Below, piece after piece: positions 41,906-54,377 of a stretch of 64,000 nt of DNA; within the stretch, counting starts at the first letter, position 1, and every line of letters begins with the position of its first letter. Origin of the DNA: Octopus vulgaris (taxonomy: Eukaryota); contig OX597836.1 in the NCBI GenBank assembly GCA_951406725.2, positions 10,602,001 through 10,666,000 on the forward strand. The letters are read 5' to 3'. The notes under the pieces are model-generated. The model did not search any database, had not been told where the DNA came from, and saw only the letters and a program-made list of their open reading frames with translations. A program made the translations under genes and the position numbers.

Positions 41906-42508
41906 AATACCTATTTCTTTACTACCCACAAGGGGCTAAACACAGAGAGGACAAACAAGGACAGACAAACAGATTAAGTCGATTATATCGACCCCAGTGC
42001 GTAACTGGTACTTAATTATCGACCCCGAAAGGATGAAAGGCAAAGTCGACCTCGGCGGAATTTAAACTCAGAACGTAGCAGCAGACGAAATACCTATTTC
42101 TTTACTACCCATAAGGGGCTAAACACAGAGAGGACAAACAAGGACAGACAAACGGATTAAGTCGATTATATCGACCCCAGTGCGTAACAGGTACTTAATC
42201 TATCGACCCCGAAAGAATGAAAGGCAAAGTCGACCTCGGCGGAATTTGAACTCAGAACGTAAAAGTAGACGAAATACCTATTTCTTTACTACCCACAAGG
42301 GGCTAAACACAGAGGGGACAAACAAGGACAGACAAAGGGATTAAGTCTATTACATCGACCCCAGTGCGTAACTGGTACTTAATTTATCGACCCCGAAAGG
42401 ATGAAAGGCAAAGTTGACCTCGACGGAATTTGAACTCAGAAGGTAAAGACAGACGAAATACCACTAATCATTTCGCCCGGCGTGCTAACGTTTCTGCCAG
42501 TTCGCCGT
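41906..42508 (-). mobile_element. family A SINE concatemer (one head, three bodies)
   Basis: Periods of 183 and 184 bp with junctions near 42091 and 42275; an oppositely oriented older copy follows at about 42530-42720. Confidence 0.88.
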
Positions 42509-42774
42509 CTTATTATTACCATTATGAAAGCAGTGAGCTAGCAGAATCGTTAACACGTCGGTAGACATGTTTGGCAGCATTTCGTCCGTCTTTACGTTCT
42601 GAGTTTAAATTGCGCTGACGTCGAATTTGCCTTCATCCTTTCGGGGTCTCTAAAATAAGTACCAGTTGAGTACTGGATTCAATGAAATCGACTTGGCCTT
42701 GTACCAAAATTTGAAACCAATACTAATTAGAAATTGGTATGAATCTCTGTTCCAACCCAATATGCGCACGCATG

Positions 42775-42844
<70 letters not shown>

Positions 42845-43612
42845 TATACGGGTGCGCAGAAAGTGGGCGCACGCGTGTGCGAGAGGGATATAGTATGGAA
42901 TATATAAACAAATACATTCCAAGCGGCGATCTATCATTTGTTAGGAAAACCATTATTCCCATAATTCAATGCTTATTTGCATAATTTACCAGCATAAACA
43001 CAACACAGAGCCACCAAATTATACAAACATTATATTGATTGCAGTATCAAGTCAATCGCTAGAAACCTCTCTTCTTATTATCATTTGAAGATTCACGATT
43101 TAACAACCATATTTACATCTATAACAAGCCTTGTCGTCTGCTGTTCACATATTTTAACATCGATCAAAAAATGTCTGCCTACAACACTTTCTTCTGTATC
43201 TAAAACGTTCAAACACGCCACACTACACACATACAAAGCGTGGTGTGTCTTCATGGTCCAGTTCCAGTGCATAGTTACGCTCTTTGAGGCATCGACATTT
43301 TGTCTTCATATTTTTCCCCATTAATTTTGTTTTTTTCCGTTAAAATTACGAGGTACCCAAACATCATAGCTATTCACGTATTTGAAGATGCATTTAAATG
43401 TCATAAAACACACATTCGAGATATGTGGAGTATCTGAACGATGTCTCATGTTGTGTGACATGGACTATTTTTCGATTAGCATTTTTGATTAGCATCCATC
43501 GGTTTTAAAACATAGTAAACCACTAACGAAGTGGTGTCCTTTAAACTCATACTCCATCTCTATAAATTGCATTTATCGTTTTTGCTGCTTGCACAGCTTT
43601 TGTTTCCTCTCG

Positions 43613-43899
43613 AAAGAGCTGTTCTTCACTCCTACTCCAGAGCGTCGGCAGCGGGGTCACTCCGAAAAGCTCTATCTGCAACGATTTCATCTCAATCGAA
43701 GGAGAGGGGCTTTCTCCGTCCGGGTTGCGGATCCGTGGAATAAGCTGCCGGACGAGATAGTGAAGATGCCGACGACCGCTCTTGACCAGAAATGGCTTGA
43801 ACTCTTTACATGAACACCACCCTGTACATAACTCCATGTCCCCCTACATGGCCTTGCTTTTTGCTTTTTGAGCCAAAAAATTAACTTAACTTAACTTAA
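43613..43899 (+). mobile_element. CR1-group LINE 3' fragment
   Basis: RGHSEKL...RRGAFSVRVADPWNKLPDEIV is a typical CR1-type ORF2 C-terminus; short 3'UTR and (AACTT)n tail. Confidence 0.85.
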
Positions 43900-44091
43900 A
43901 GAAAAGAGGCGCCAAATGACGAAATTCTATTTCCTTTTCCTCCATTTTTCACTCTTAATGTCAAAACAGTAAAAGTAAAGTATCCATACAGTGGATCGTA
44001 TAGAAAGACGAGTTGGAATGTCACCTTTCAGGAAACATATCGGTCATAAGCTTCCCTCCGACTGAAAAACAATATACATTACACACGCACG

Positions 44092-44169
<78 letters not shown>

Positions 44170-44785
44170 TGTGTACGTATGTCTCTGTGTCAGTATATAT
44201 ATGCATATATACAAATATAAAGAAATAAAACCTTTTTGTTCGCATTTAAAATTTAGCTTGCATTCAAATTTGAAACAGTTAGCAATTGAAATTTCAAAAG
44301 ATCCATCTGGAAAATTATGGGTTAATTCCTAAGTCTAAAAACCGTAATTTAATTTTGTTGTATCTCGATGGGTCATTATGCCAATATAAAAGACACGCAC
44401 TGGTTATATTTCACTTCCTTACTTTACTTGGTCAATTGCTTAATTATTGAACGAATTAACTAATCGATTTTTTTTTTTATCAATATTCCGGTCAATCAAT
44501 CAAAGCCTGACGGAAATCTGCAGTAGAGAAAGGATATAATTGATAGCGTCGCGAATAGCAATTGAAAACCAGACTGATTGATTGATTTATTGACCGAACA
44601 ATCGATTAGTTAGTTGGTTAAAGTGTTATGGCTGTGTGGTTAGAAGTTTCACTCCCAACCACATGACCCTGGCTTCAGTTCCGCACGTTCCCTGGCACTT
44701 TGGGCAAGTGTCTTCTACTATAGCTTCGTGCCGACGAAAGCCTCATGAGTGGGCTTGGTAGACGGAAACTGACAGCAGAAGTGTG

Positions 44786-44851
<66 letters not shown>

Positions 44852-45039
44852 TCCAGATACATTTACATAAACGATAATAACGAAGTGAAATAGAACCAGT
44901 GCGTGTGTTTATTATTGGCATAATGACCCTCCCAAGATGCAAAAAAAAAAATCTGTTTTAATACCTGAGTTGACGTCAAGTATCTTGTAAACGAAATATA
45001 AAACAGTAACATAATGATAATTTTGTATTTATAATTAAA

Positions 45040-45110
45040 ACAACGTTTCGGCTGATGTTACCTCCACCAGGTGTCTTGGGGGAAATTTCGAACTCGTATT
45101 TTTCGATGTA

Positions 45111-45163
<53 letters not shown>

Positions 45164-45230
45164 AGTCACTGCCTGGTTAAGAGCGTGGGCTATAAACCCT
45201 AAGATTTCGAGTTCGATACCAGGCAGTGAT

Positions 45231-45267
<37 letters not shown>

Positions 45268-45474
45268 TGATGATGATGATGATGATGATAACATCGAAAA
45301 ATAGCTTAGGAATGAGAACCCAGGTTCGAAATTTCCCCAAGACACCTGAAGAAGGCTGGAGGGTATATCAGCCGAAACGTTGTGTTAACAACAAACAAGA
45401 TGAGGACAAATATCCGTCAAATGTAAATAATGTAAATAATGTAAATAATTCCTCATCTCTTAGATACAGAACTG
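45040..45474. mobile_element. tRNA-headed, hammerhead-bearing element with inverted partial copy
   Basis: tRNA-like segment 45174-45223 (B box GAGTTCGATACC), then (ATA)n, body and ribozyme; 45040-45176 is an inverted, internally deleted copy of 45219-45386. Confidence 0.7.
45341..45386 (+). ncRNA. minimal type I hammerhead ribozyme (Penelope-like-element type)
   Basis: GACAC-CTGAAGA-A-GGCTG-(10 nt)-CAGCC-GAAA-CG-TT-GTGTT: stem I GACAC/GTGTT, intact core boxes, 5-bp stem II, vestigial palindromic stem III (AACGTT). Confidence 0.75.
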
Positions 45475-46511
45475 TAATATCATTTAATTATAAAAATACA
45501 ATAGGGTGTTTTTAAGCATCTAATAGCTATGAGGTTCCATCCGAGAACCACTGGAAGGCCAGCTGTAAGGTGGTGCAGTATTTTTTCCTTTAACTCCTGT
45601 GGGGCTTAGTGGTTAGGGTGTTGGACTCATGATCGTAAGATTGTGGTTTCGATTCCTGGACAGGACGATGTTTTGTATTCTTGAGCAAAACACTTCATTT
45701 CACCACAGCTGCAAATACGCTTGAAATTCGGGAAAAAAAGAAGTTAAGGCTGAATAATCACGGTTGGAACGGCTTTCATCCGTAAGGAGTCTGTGAAACC
45801 AGAACCTGGCCTTGGGCTAAACAACATCAACAGTAAGAAGAAAAGTTGAAGGCTTTTGCAAAGGCCTCCTCCTCCTCCTCCTCCTCATCATCATTATCAT
45901 CATCATCATCATCATCATCAATAATAGCAACAGCAAGAACAAATTCTTGGCTTTGACTCACAGACGGACGCAACAGATCAACTTTCACGTAACCTACATT
46001 AAAGAAAATTTTTTTAATCTAAGGGAAGTAACTCTATGGAGAAGCTTATTTTCCTTTTTTAAATTTCTTTCCACTTTTCACGGATTTCTCTTTACAAAAG
46101 AAAGAACAAAATTTCAAAAAAAATTATTTTTGCAACAAACATTTAATGACAAAATGTAAACAAGAATCGCAATTTATGAAATTGTTCCAATATGATTAAT
46201 AAAAAAATATAAAAACTAATACTCAAATTCCGTAAACAAAAAGATGTGTTGGATAAATTTCTTCAGTTTATTAAAGTTGTCTCCCTTGCACACAGCACTA
46301 TTCACTTACTGACGGTATAAGTTCGGGCTGGGAATTTAAATTTTATGTCGCATTTTTTTTTTTTGTTAGGAAAAGCTTGATGTATTGGTGAAGAGTGAAC
46401 GGCGTTGGAGAGCATCAAGATCGGAAGTTATTAGGTGGGGAAAATCTGACTCACTTGGAAGATTCTTTGTTCAAACTTTCTCTGTCATTAGAATGATTAA
46501 TGTAACTGAAC

Positions 46512-46672
46512 GACTGCTGCTGCTACTACTACTACTACTACTACTACTGCTGCTGCTGTTGCTACTACTACTACTACTACTGCTACTACTGCTGCTACTA
46601 CTGCTGGTGGTGGTGTTGCTGCTGCTGCTGCTGCTACTACTACTACAGCTACTACTACTACAGCTACTACTT

Positions 46673-46713
<41 letters not shown>

Positions 46714-46912
46714 GCTGCTCCTCCACCTCCTCCTCCTCCTCCTACTACTACTACTGCTCCTCCTCCTCCTCCTCCTACTACTACTACTACTACTGCTGCT
46801 CCTCCAACTCCCCCTCCTCCTCCTCCTCCTACTACTGCTGCTCCTCCTCCTCCTCCTCCTACTCCTCCTACTACTACTGCTGCTGCTACTGCTGGTGGTG
46901 TTGCTGCTGCTG

Positions 46913-46965
<53 letters not shown>

Positions 46966-47003
46966 GGTGGTGTTGCTGCTACTACTACTTCTTCTACTAC
47001 TAG

Positions 47004-47061
<58 letters not shown>

Positions 47062-47137
47062 GCTACTAATGCTGCTACTGCTGCTGCTGCTGCTGGTGTT
47101 GCTGCTGCTGCTGGTGGTGGTGGTGGTGCTGCTGCTG

Positions 47138-47178
<41 letters not shown>

Positions 47179-47301
47179 TCTACTGTTGCTGCTGCTGCTG
47201 CTATAAGTACTACATCTTGCAACACTGCCCTCACAGTCACTATCATCAGAGCCACCACCACTATCACCACCATCACCACCACCACCACCACCACCACCAC
47301 C
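46512..47301. repeat. compound trinucleotide array (CTA/CTG/CTC/GTG, then CAC)
   Basis: Directly visible. Confidence 0.97.
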
Positions 47302-47469
47302 ATGTGGCTGGGAAGCAAGCTTCTTACCGCACACCCCACGCCTGCGCCTAACCACATAATCTCGCCTGGATCCCAGTTGTGAACCACTGGTCCAGAAACA
47401 CTGGCGTTGACAGACAAACTCATGTCGGCACCATCCGGGACATTTGGTGACCCTGATCGAGGCGCTTAC

Positions 47470-47604
47470 CGACTGGCATTGTTGACAGTTATTGTCAAAG
47501 AAGAAACACGGGCATGAGTTGCTTGACCAGTCGGCGCAGCCCAGGGGCGAAGTACCGGGGCAAAAGTGTGACGGACGGTCGACACAGTTGTGTTCTTCTG
47601 CACA
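47470..47604 (-). CDS. putative exon of an unknown Cys-rich protein
   Basis: Unique GC-richer island; cacAG acceptor (modest pyrimidine tract) and TCG|GTAAGC donor; 135 nt. Phase 0 gives CAEEHNCVDRPSHFCPGTSPLGCADWSSNSCPCFFFDNNCQQCQS (8 Cys). Confidence 0.55.
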
Positions 47605-47892
47605 CTGTGACCGAAACATCACATGCAAACCCATTCAGGTGAATATTTGTGTTTGTTTAACCTGGGTTGACAAATGTGTTGATGCTTGAGAGAATGTATT
47701 TATGTACGTGGTGGCAATTAGAAATTAGTTCTGGTCTTTTGTTGAATTCTGGTCTTTTGTCCCTGGTTCGGAGATGATGAAATATATTTCTCATCATTAT
47801 AGAGGCCAATGAAATTTGAAAAGATCGGTAGCATGTGTGAGGAAAACATTATAGAGAGATATATAGATGGATGCATATATATATATATTTAT

Positions 47893-47945
<53 letters not shown>

Positions 47946-48040
47946 TAGATAGATAGATAGATAGTTGGATTGCTATACGGATAGATATATGGATAGATAT
48001 ACGGAGAGATGTGGGTGTGTGTGTATATATATATATATAT

Positions 48041-48087
<47 letters not shown>

Positions 48088-48363
48088 CAAGGAGAATTCA
48101 CAGAAAACATATATATGTATATATCATAATAATAATGGGTAAAATTAATTAATCAATCTATAATTAATAATCTTACCAAGTAGTGTTCGGTCTATTAAAA
48201 GAACCTTCATCGGTAAACATATACAAAAATTATTATAATTATAAACATAATTATAATTAGGGCTTTATGTGGTGAAGCAATTTTGCTAAGCTCTAATTAT
48301 AATTATGTTATAGAAATAGCAGCCAACACGGCAAAAAACCACAATTCTATAGCAAATTTTGAA

Positions 48364-48770
48364 GTAGGAGGAGTGGCTGTGTGGTAAGTAGCTTTCTTAT
48401 CAACCACATGGTTCCGGGTTCTGCGTGGCATCTTGGGCAAGTGTCTTCTGCTATAGCCCCGGGTCGACCAATGCCTTGTTAGTGGATTTGGTAGACGGAA
48501 ACTGAAAGAAGCCTGTCGTATATATGTATATATATATTTGTGTGTGTATGTTTGTGTGTATATGTTTGTCCCACTAGCATTGCTTGACAACCGATGCTGG
48601 TGTGTTTACGTCCCCGTCACTTAGCGGTTCGGCAAAGAAACCGATAGAATAAGTACTGGGCTTACAAAGAATAAGTCCCGGGGTCGATTTGCTCGACTAA
48701 AAGGCGGTGCTCCAGCATGGCCGCAGTCAAATGACTGAAACAAGTAAAAGAGGAAAAGAGAGTAAAGAGA
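48364..48770 (+). mobile_element. family C SINE with internal microsatellite
   Basis: Head GTGGCTGTGTGGTAAG...GGTTCCGGGTTC, CORE-like CTTGGGCAAGTGTCTT, internal (TA)/(TG) tract, tail GGCGGTGCTCCAGCATGGCCGCAGTCAAATGACTGAAAC. Copies at about 2340-2700, 7600-7997, 13900-14760 and 37753-38312 (+), and 15500-15925, 39930-40400 and 57730-58115 (-). Confidence 0.88.
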
Positions 48771-48792
48771 GATGAAAAATAAAAAAACTTTT

Positions 48793-48837
<45 letters not shown>

Positions 48838-49572
48838 AGAGAGAGAGAGAGAGAGAAAGAGGGAGAGAGAGAGAAACATACAGACAGATAGACTGAGGGA
48901 GCAAAGGAAAATCAGTCAGATTTAATTCCGTATGAATCTGCTCGAGCCTCTTTGTAAATTATTATAAGTTCCGGCTGTTGATGGATCGTTTAACAAAAAA
49001 AAAAAAAAAAACCTACTGCGCAATTGCCTCCGTTCACGAAACATTTATGTCAAACATGGTTGTGCAAAGCGCAGCGATTGATAAATCTAAAGAGAAGAGT
49101 TGGAATATTCTAACTTAGACAATTCTTTTATTTTTAGAATAATTTTTCGCTTATTTCTCATGGACATTTGTTATTCTACACGATTGAATCACGCCATTGA
49201 TTCTTACAAATTATGATGAGTACAATGAGAAAATTGAATTTAGCTCCTTTGGTAGACATCAATTATAAGTCTTGTTTACTCGCTAGAGACGCCAAAGTGT
49301 TATGGATTTAATCCTAATCCACTTTGCTCAAACCACGTGGCGGCTTAATTGTAAATTATGATAGCGCTGTGCAATAAACTGTAGAGAAGGGGGTAAGTTT
49401 ATCCCAGCAAGATGAATCTCTGATACGGGTTCGATTTTCTGTTGATTAATTTAATCATCCGCCTGTCCAGAGAATTTTCATGAGTTTGTCCGAAATGTCC
49501 ATGTTGGTTTCCAGACTTTTAGCAAGTTCTTGTTTCGTACGTTCGTAGTATTATAAAGTTGTTCTTCTATAA

Positions 49573-50083
49573 AAATAATAAATAAATGCGCCCTTTTAAA
49601 GCCTAGCCAGGCTCATGGGCCCAGTTTCCTGGTTTCTATGGCGTATGTGTTCCCAATCTGGACGGGACGCCAGTCCATCGAAGCATTACTCATTTTTGCC
49701 AGCTGAGTGGACTGGAGCAACGTGAAATGAAGTGTTTTGCTCAAGAACACAACGCGTCGCCCGGTCCAGGAATCGAAACCACAATCTTACGATCATGATG
49801 CTGACACTCTAACTACTAAGCCACACACCTCCACTTGTGCCCTTTTAAAGCCTAGCCAGGCTCAAGGGCCTGGTTTCCCGGTTTCTATGGCATATATGTT
49901 CCCTAGCTGGATAGGACGCCAGTCCATCGCAGCGTTACTCATTTTTGCCAGCTGAGTGGACAGGAGCAACGTGAAATGAAGTGTTTTGCTCAAGAATACA
50001 ACGCGTCACCCGGTCCAGGAATCGAAACCACAATCTTACAATCATGGTGCTGACACCCTAACCACTAAATAACGCGCCTTCAC
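49573..50083 (-). mobile_element. tandem dimer of a family B SINE subtype
   Basis: Two copies of about 250 bp head-to-tail, enclosed by one 12-bp direct repeat GTTCTTCTATAA at 49561-49572 and 50084-50095. Confidence 0.85.
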
Positions 50084-50984
50084 GTTCTTCTATAAGAAGT
50101 GGAACATTCTTAGCCGAACCGCTAAGTTACGAGTAGGAAGGCAATCCAGCTCCGATTGTCAAGGTGTGCGTGTATGTGTGTATGTGTGTGTGTGTGTGTA
50201 TGTGTCACAAACGCACACATACACAGGCTCGCGCATCGCTCACGCACGCATACACACACACAGACACACATAAACACAGAGTTATTTTTATTAATGATGG
50301 CGAGCTTGCCTCAGAAATATTTAATAACCTTCATTTTGAAACGTATAATCCTTCTTGATGTTCACACATCAAAGAAGGTGCCCGGTCCTATGACTGACAC
50401 AAACTTCCCTTTTTAAAGTAATTTAAATTAAAACATCAATTAGAAAATAAATGAAGATGGAATTTTGATGCTTTCATTAAAATTCCGTGTTAATTTATGT
50501 TTTAAACACCAACAGTTAAGAAGCTTGTTTTGCAATCACGTGGTTTTGGGTTCAGTTCCGGTGCGCGGAACCTTGGCCAGCTGACTTCTACTATAACTCT
50601 GGGCCAACCAATGCTTCCCAACCACTTGGTTCCGTGTTCAGTCCTATTCCATGGCACCTTGGGCAAATGTCTTCTACTATAGCCTCTGGCCGACCAAAGT
50701 CCTGTAAGTCGATGAGTAGATTTGGTAGACGGAAATTGAAAGAAGCCCGTGGTATATATTTTTTGTTTTGTTTTTGTTTTTCTAGTTTCAGCTCTTGAGC
50801 TGTGGCCATGCTGGGGCACCGCCATTGTGGTGAAAGAGTACAGCAGGGATCACCACCCCCTGCCGGAGCCTCGTAGAGCTTTTAGGTGTTTTCGCTCAAT
50901 AAACACACACAACGCCCGGTCTGAGAATCGAAACCGCGATCCTGCGACCGCGAGTCCGCTGCCCTAACCACTAGGCCATTGCGC

Positions 50985-51076
<92 letters not shown>

Positions 51077-51496
51077 ATATATATATATATACATGTAAGT
51101 ATTTCTTTTTGCCCCCCCACCATTGCTTGACAATCGATGTTGACGTGTTTACGTCCCCGTAACTTAGTGGTTCGGCAAAAAGAGATAGATAAAATATGTA
51201 CTAGGCTTACAAAAAATTAGGTCCTTGCATCGATTTGCTTGACTAAACGCGGTGCTCCAGCATGGCCGGAGTCAAACGACTGAAACAAGTAAAAGAATAA
51301 AAGAATATATATATATATTCTACTTTCTATGTTCTACGTTATGTATTTTAATAATTACTGGTATTTTCATATATGTAAAGCATAATATGTTATACATGTA
51401 TGTATATGGTTATAAATGTTTAAAAAAAATAGACATAATATAATGTCTAAAAGTTGATGAATACCACCTGTTGATTCCTTCCATTTTCTTATTACC

Positions 51497-51599
<103 letters not shown>

Positions 51600-51724
51600 A
51601 TATATATATAGGCTCGAAATGTAAAAGACTTGTTTTATTTATATTCCTGAGCGCCATACTAATACAATTGTTTGTTTGTACTCCACCTGCCTTCGTCTTT
51701 TGTTTATTTTTATAAAGCTTCCCG

Positions 51725-51771
<47 letters not shown>

Positions 51772-53212
51772 ACAAGTAAAAGACAGAAGATGGAATATAA
51801 GAGAATATATATATATATATATATTTACATGTATATATATGATGTTCTTTCACACAGTTTCCGTCGACTGAATTCAATCACGAAACATTGGTTGGTCCGC
51901 AGCTAGCGCTATAGATGAAAAAAACTTGCCCAAGGTGCTGCGCTAGGAAAAAAAAATTAATGCAGACTCAGTGAATCTCTTTTCTTTAGTTTCAAATGTT
52001 TGAGCGGAAGTATAAAGGAGACTAACGTTGAATAGAAACGGTGATGTTTAAGATCTAAAATTTGTTAGGCTGCGAGTTAATGTCTTCCTTCCCACCTTCA
52101 ACGACGGCTGTTAAAACAGACCCCGCAGGTGTATGTTGTGAGAAACATAAAACATATTGTGATGGAAATATTTTACATGATGTTAATTGAATTGCGTTTG
52201 GTCTTTTTTTTTTTCTGTTTTTTTTCTTTTTTTTTTTCGTTTCGATTTTTGTGAAAACATAATTGTTCGTCGTGACTTTATACAACAATACCTCTGGGAA
52301 TTGCATGAAAATATGAACCAAAAAAAAAGTTTCGTGGTTACGTGAGTTCAATCTGATTCCTGTTGCATATTCATATTACATGATCAATGTAAGTCTGATA
52401 CCGGAAAGGAGACAAAACAGTCGAGATCCTTTGTTTTGCAGAAAACACTAACAGAGAAAACACCACCCCATGCCTACAAAAGAGATGAGGTTAAACACTC
52501 CAATGGGATAACAAAAATAATGTCCCTCAGCACTGATATTAATGTATCTAAAATAATTAAGTATATACAATAATCTGACACGCTGTGAATGGTTCATTGG
52601 CTGATTGAAATAGTGTGTAATCCACTACTTAAAGAGTCAGATAAAACATTGCAGGGTTGTTTCTTTGATCACACATAACGACCTAATTATATTGGATTTC
52701 TACATGGCATTTACTCTTCAAATAACTTGAACACAACAAGAAATTACAACTTCAGAAGCCCGATAAAGGAATAAAAAGATGAAAAAAAAAAAAAAAAAAC
52801 CTCGCAAGATGGAGTTAGTTTGGATGGAAGCTTGCAGGCTTTTCTCTCAATTATTACTAAAGTGTTATCGGATTATCCATTTCTTTGTGTATCGCTCTTT
52901 ATCCTTTGTTCATTTTAGTTTTCTAAAACATCAAACAATTCTCCCTAAAGACAATTCACTTACGCCGTTAAAACTCTTGGAAAAGGAATGAACGCTACAT
53001 AATCGAATGTATTCCTTCTTACGCATTTCTCACTGGTCGCCATAGTAGTAAGAAGTTTCTTTTTCCCCCCTTTCTTTTCTTTTTCTTTTTCTTCTTTATG
53101 GCTTCGATCAAGTAACCACGAACTCTGTAGGTAGCCCAACCCGAAAATATTCGGATGAATGCGTTTGATGTTAAATATACACACACACACACAACGTGTG
53201 TACATACATACA

Positions 53213-53248
<36 letters not shown>

Positions 53249-53250
53249 TA

Positions 53251-53652
53251 CTCTCTTTTCTCTTTTACTTGTTTCAGTCATTTGACTGCGGCCATGCTGG
53301 AGCACCGCCTTTAATCGAGCAACTCGACCCCGGGACTTATTCTTTTGTAAGCCTAGTACTTATTCTATCGATCTCTTTTGCCGAACCGCTAAGTAACGGG
53401 GACATAACACACCAGCATCGGTTGTCAAGCAATGCTAGGGGGGCAAACACAGACACACAAACACACACACGCATATATATATACATATATACGACGGGCT
53501 TCTTTCAGTTTCCGTCTACCAAATCCACTCACAAGGCTTTGGTCGGCCCGAGGCTATAGTAGAAGACACTTGCCCAAGGTGCCGTGCAGTGGGACTAAAC
53601 CCGGAACCATGTGGTTGGTAAACAAGCTACTTACCACACAGCCACTCCCGCG

Positions 53653-53656
<4 letters not shown>
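53251..53656 (-). mobile_element. family C SINE, full length and little diverged
   Basis: All modules intact; flanked by (CATA)n and (TA)n. Confidence 0.88.
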
Positions 53657-53709
<53 letters not shown>

Positions 53710-54377
53710 ATATCTGTAGATGTAATATGTGACAATTATTCGGTAGCCATGATAAAACTCCGAGTTTCGGATGTCGGGGTGGAATAAGAAAAGAGTTTAA
53801 GAGGTTAAAAATGATATTAAGTGTTTCATTGTTTCGAAACCCGAAGAAGAATTTTGCGCTCAAGGGATCAACAATTCGTCAAACAGATTGGGTTATGTTA
53901 TCAATAATGAGGGGAAATAAGGCGGGAAGCTAGCAGAATTGTAAACACGCCGGTAAAAATGCTTAGCGGCATTTCATTCGGTTTTTATGTTTTTGAGTTC
54001 GGGATCGATAAATTAGGTACCAGTTACACACTGGGGTCGATATAATTGACTTAATCCGTTTATCTGTCCTTACTCGTCCTCTCTGTGTTTAGCCCCTTGT
54101 GGGTAGTAAAGAAACCGGTATTTCGTCTGCCGCTACGTTCTGAGTTCAAATTCCGCCGAGGCCGACTTTGCCTTTCATACCTTCGGAGTCGATAAATTAG
54201 GAACCAGTTGAGTACTGGGAACAAGGTAAACGATTTAGCATCTCCCCCGAAATTACTGGCCTTGTGCCAAAGATTGAAACTATTAATGAGGGAAAATGCC
54301 ATCTTGATTAAAACGCCATCTTGATTAAATGTATCAATTAAGAGCAAAGAGACATTTGCTCCTTTCCCATCTTGAAG

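Noticed and set aside
41906-42508. Hammerhead ribozyme inside the 184-bp family A tandem unit
   Set aside because: No CUGANGA box on either strand, so it is not a canonical retrozyme.
46385-47206. 273-aa poly-Leu ORF
   Set aside because: Translation of a trinucleotide array.
52964-53124. Possible minus-strand exon (...MATSEKCVRRNTFDYVAFIPFPRVLT) with a GTAAGT donor
   Set aside because: Weak acceptor, and its phase-2 end is incompatible with the Cys-rich reading of the 47604 exon; cannot be supported without RNA data.
53750-53785. Half hammerhead (- strand CC-GAAA-CTCGGAG-TT-TTATC) beside a TA run
   Set aside because: The CUGANGA half is missing; insufficient evidence.
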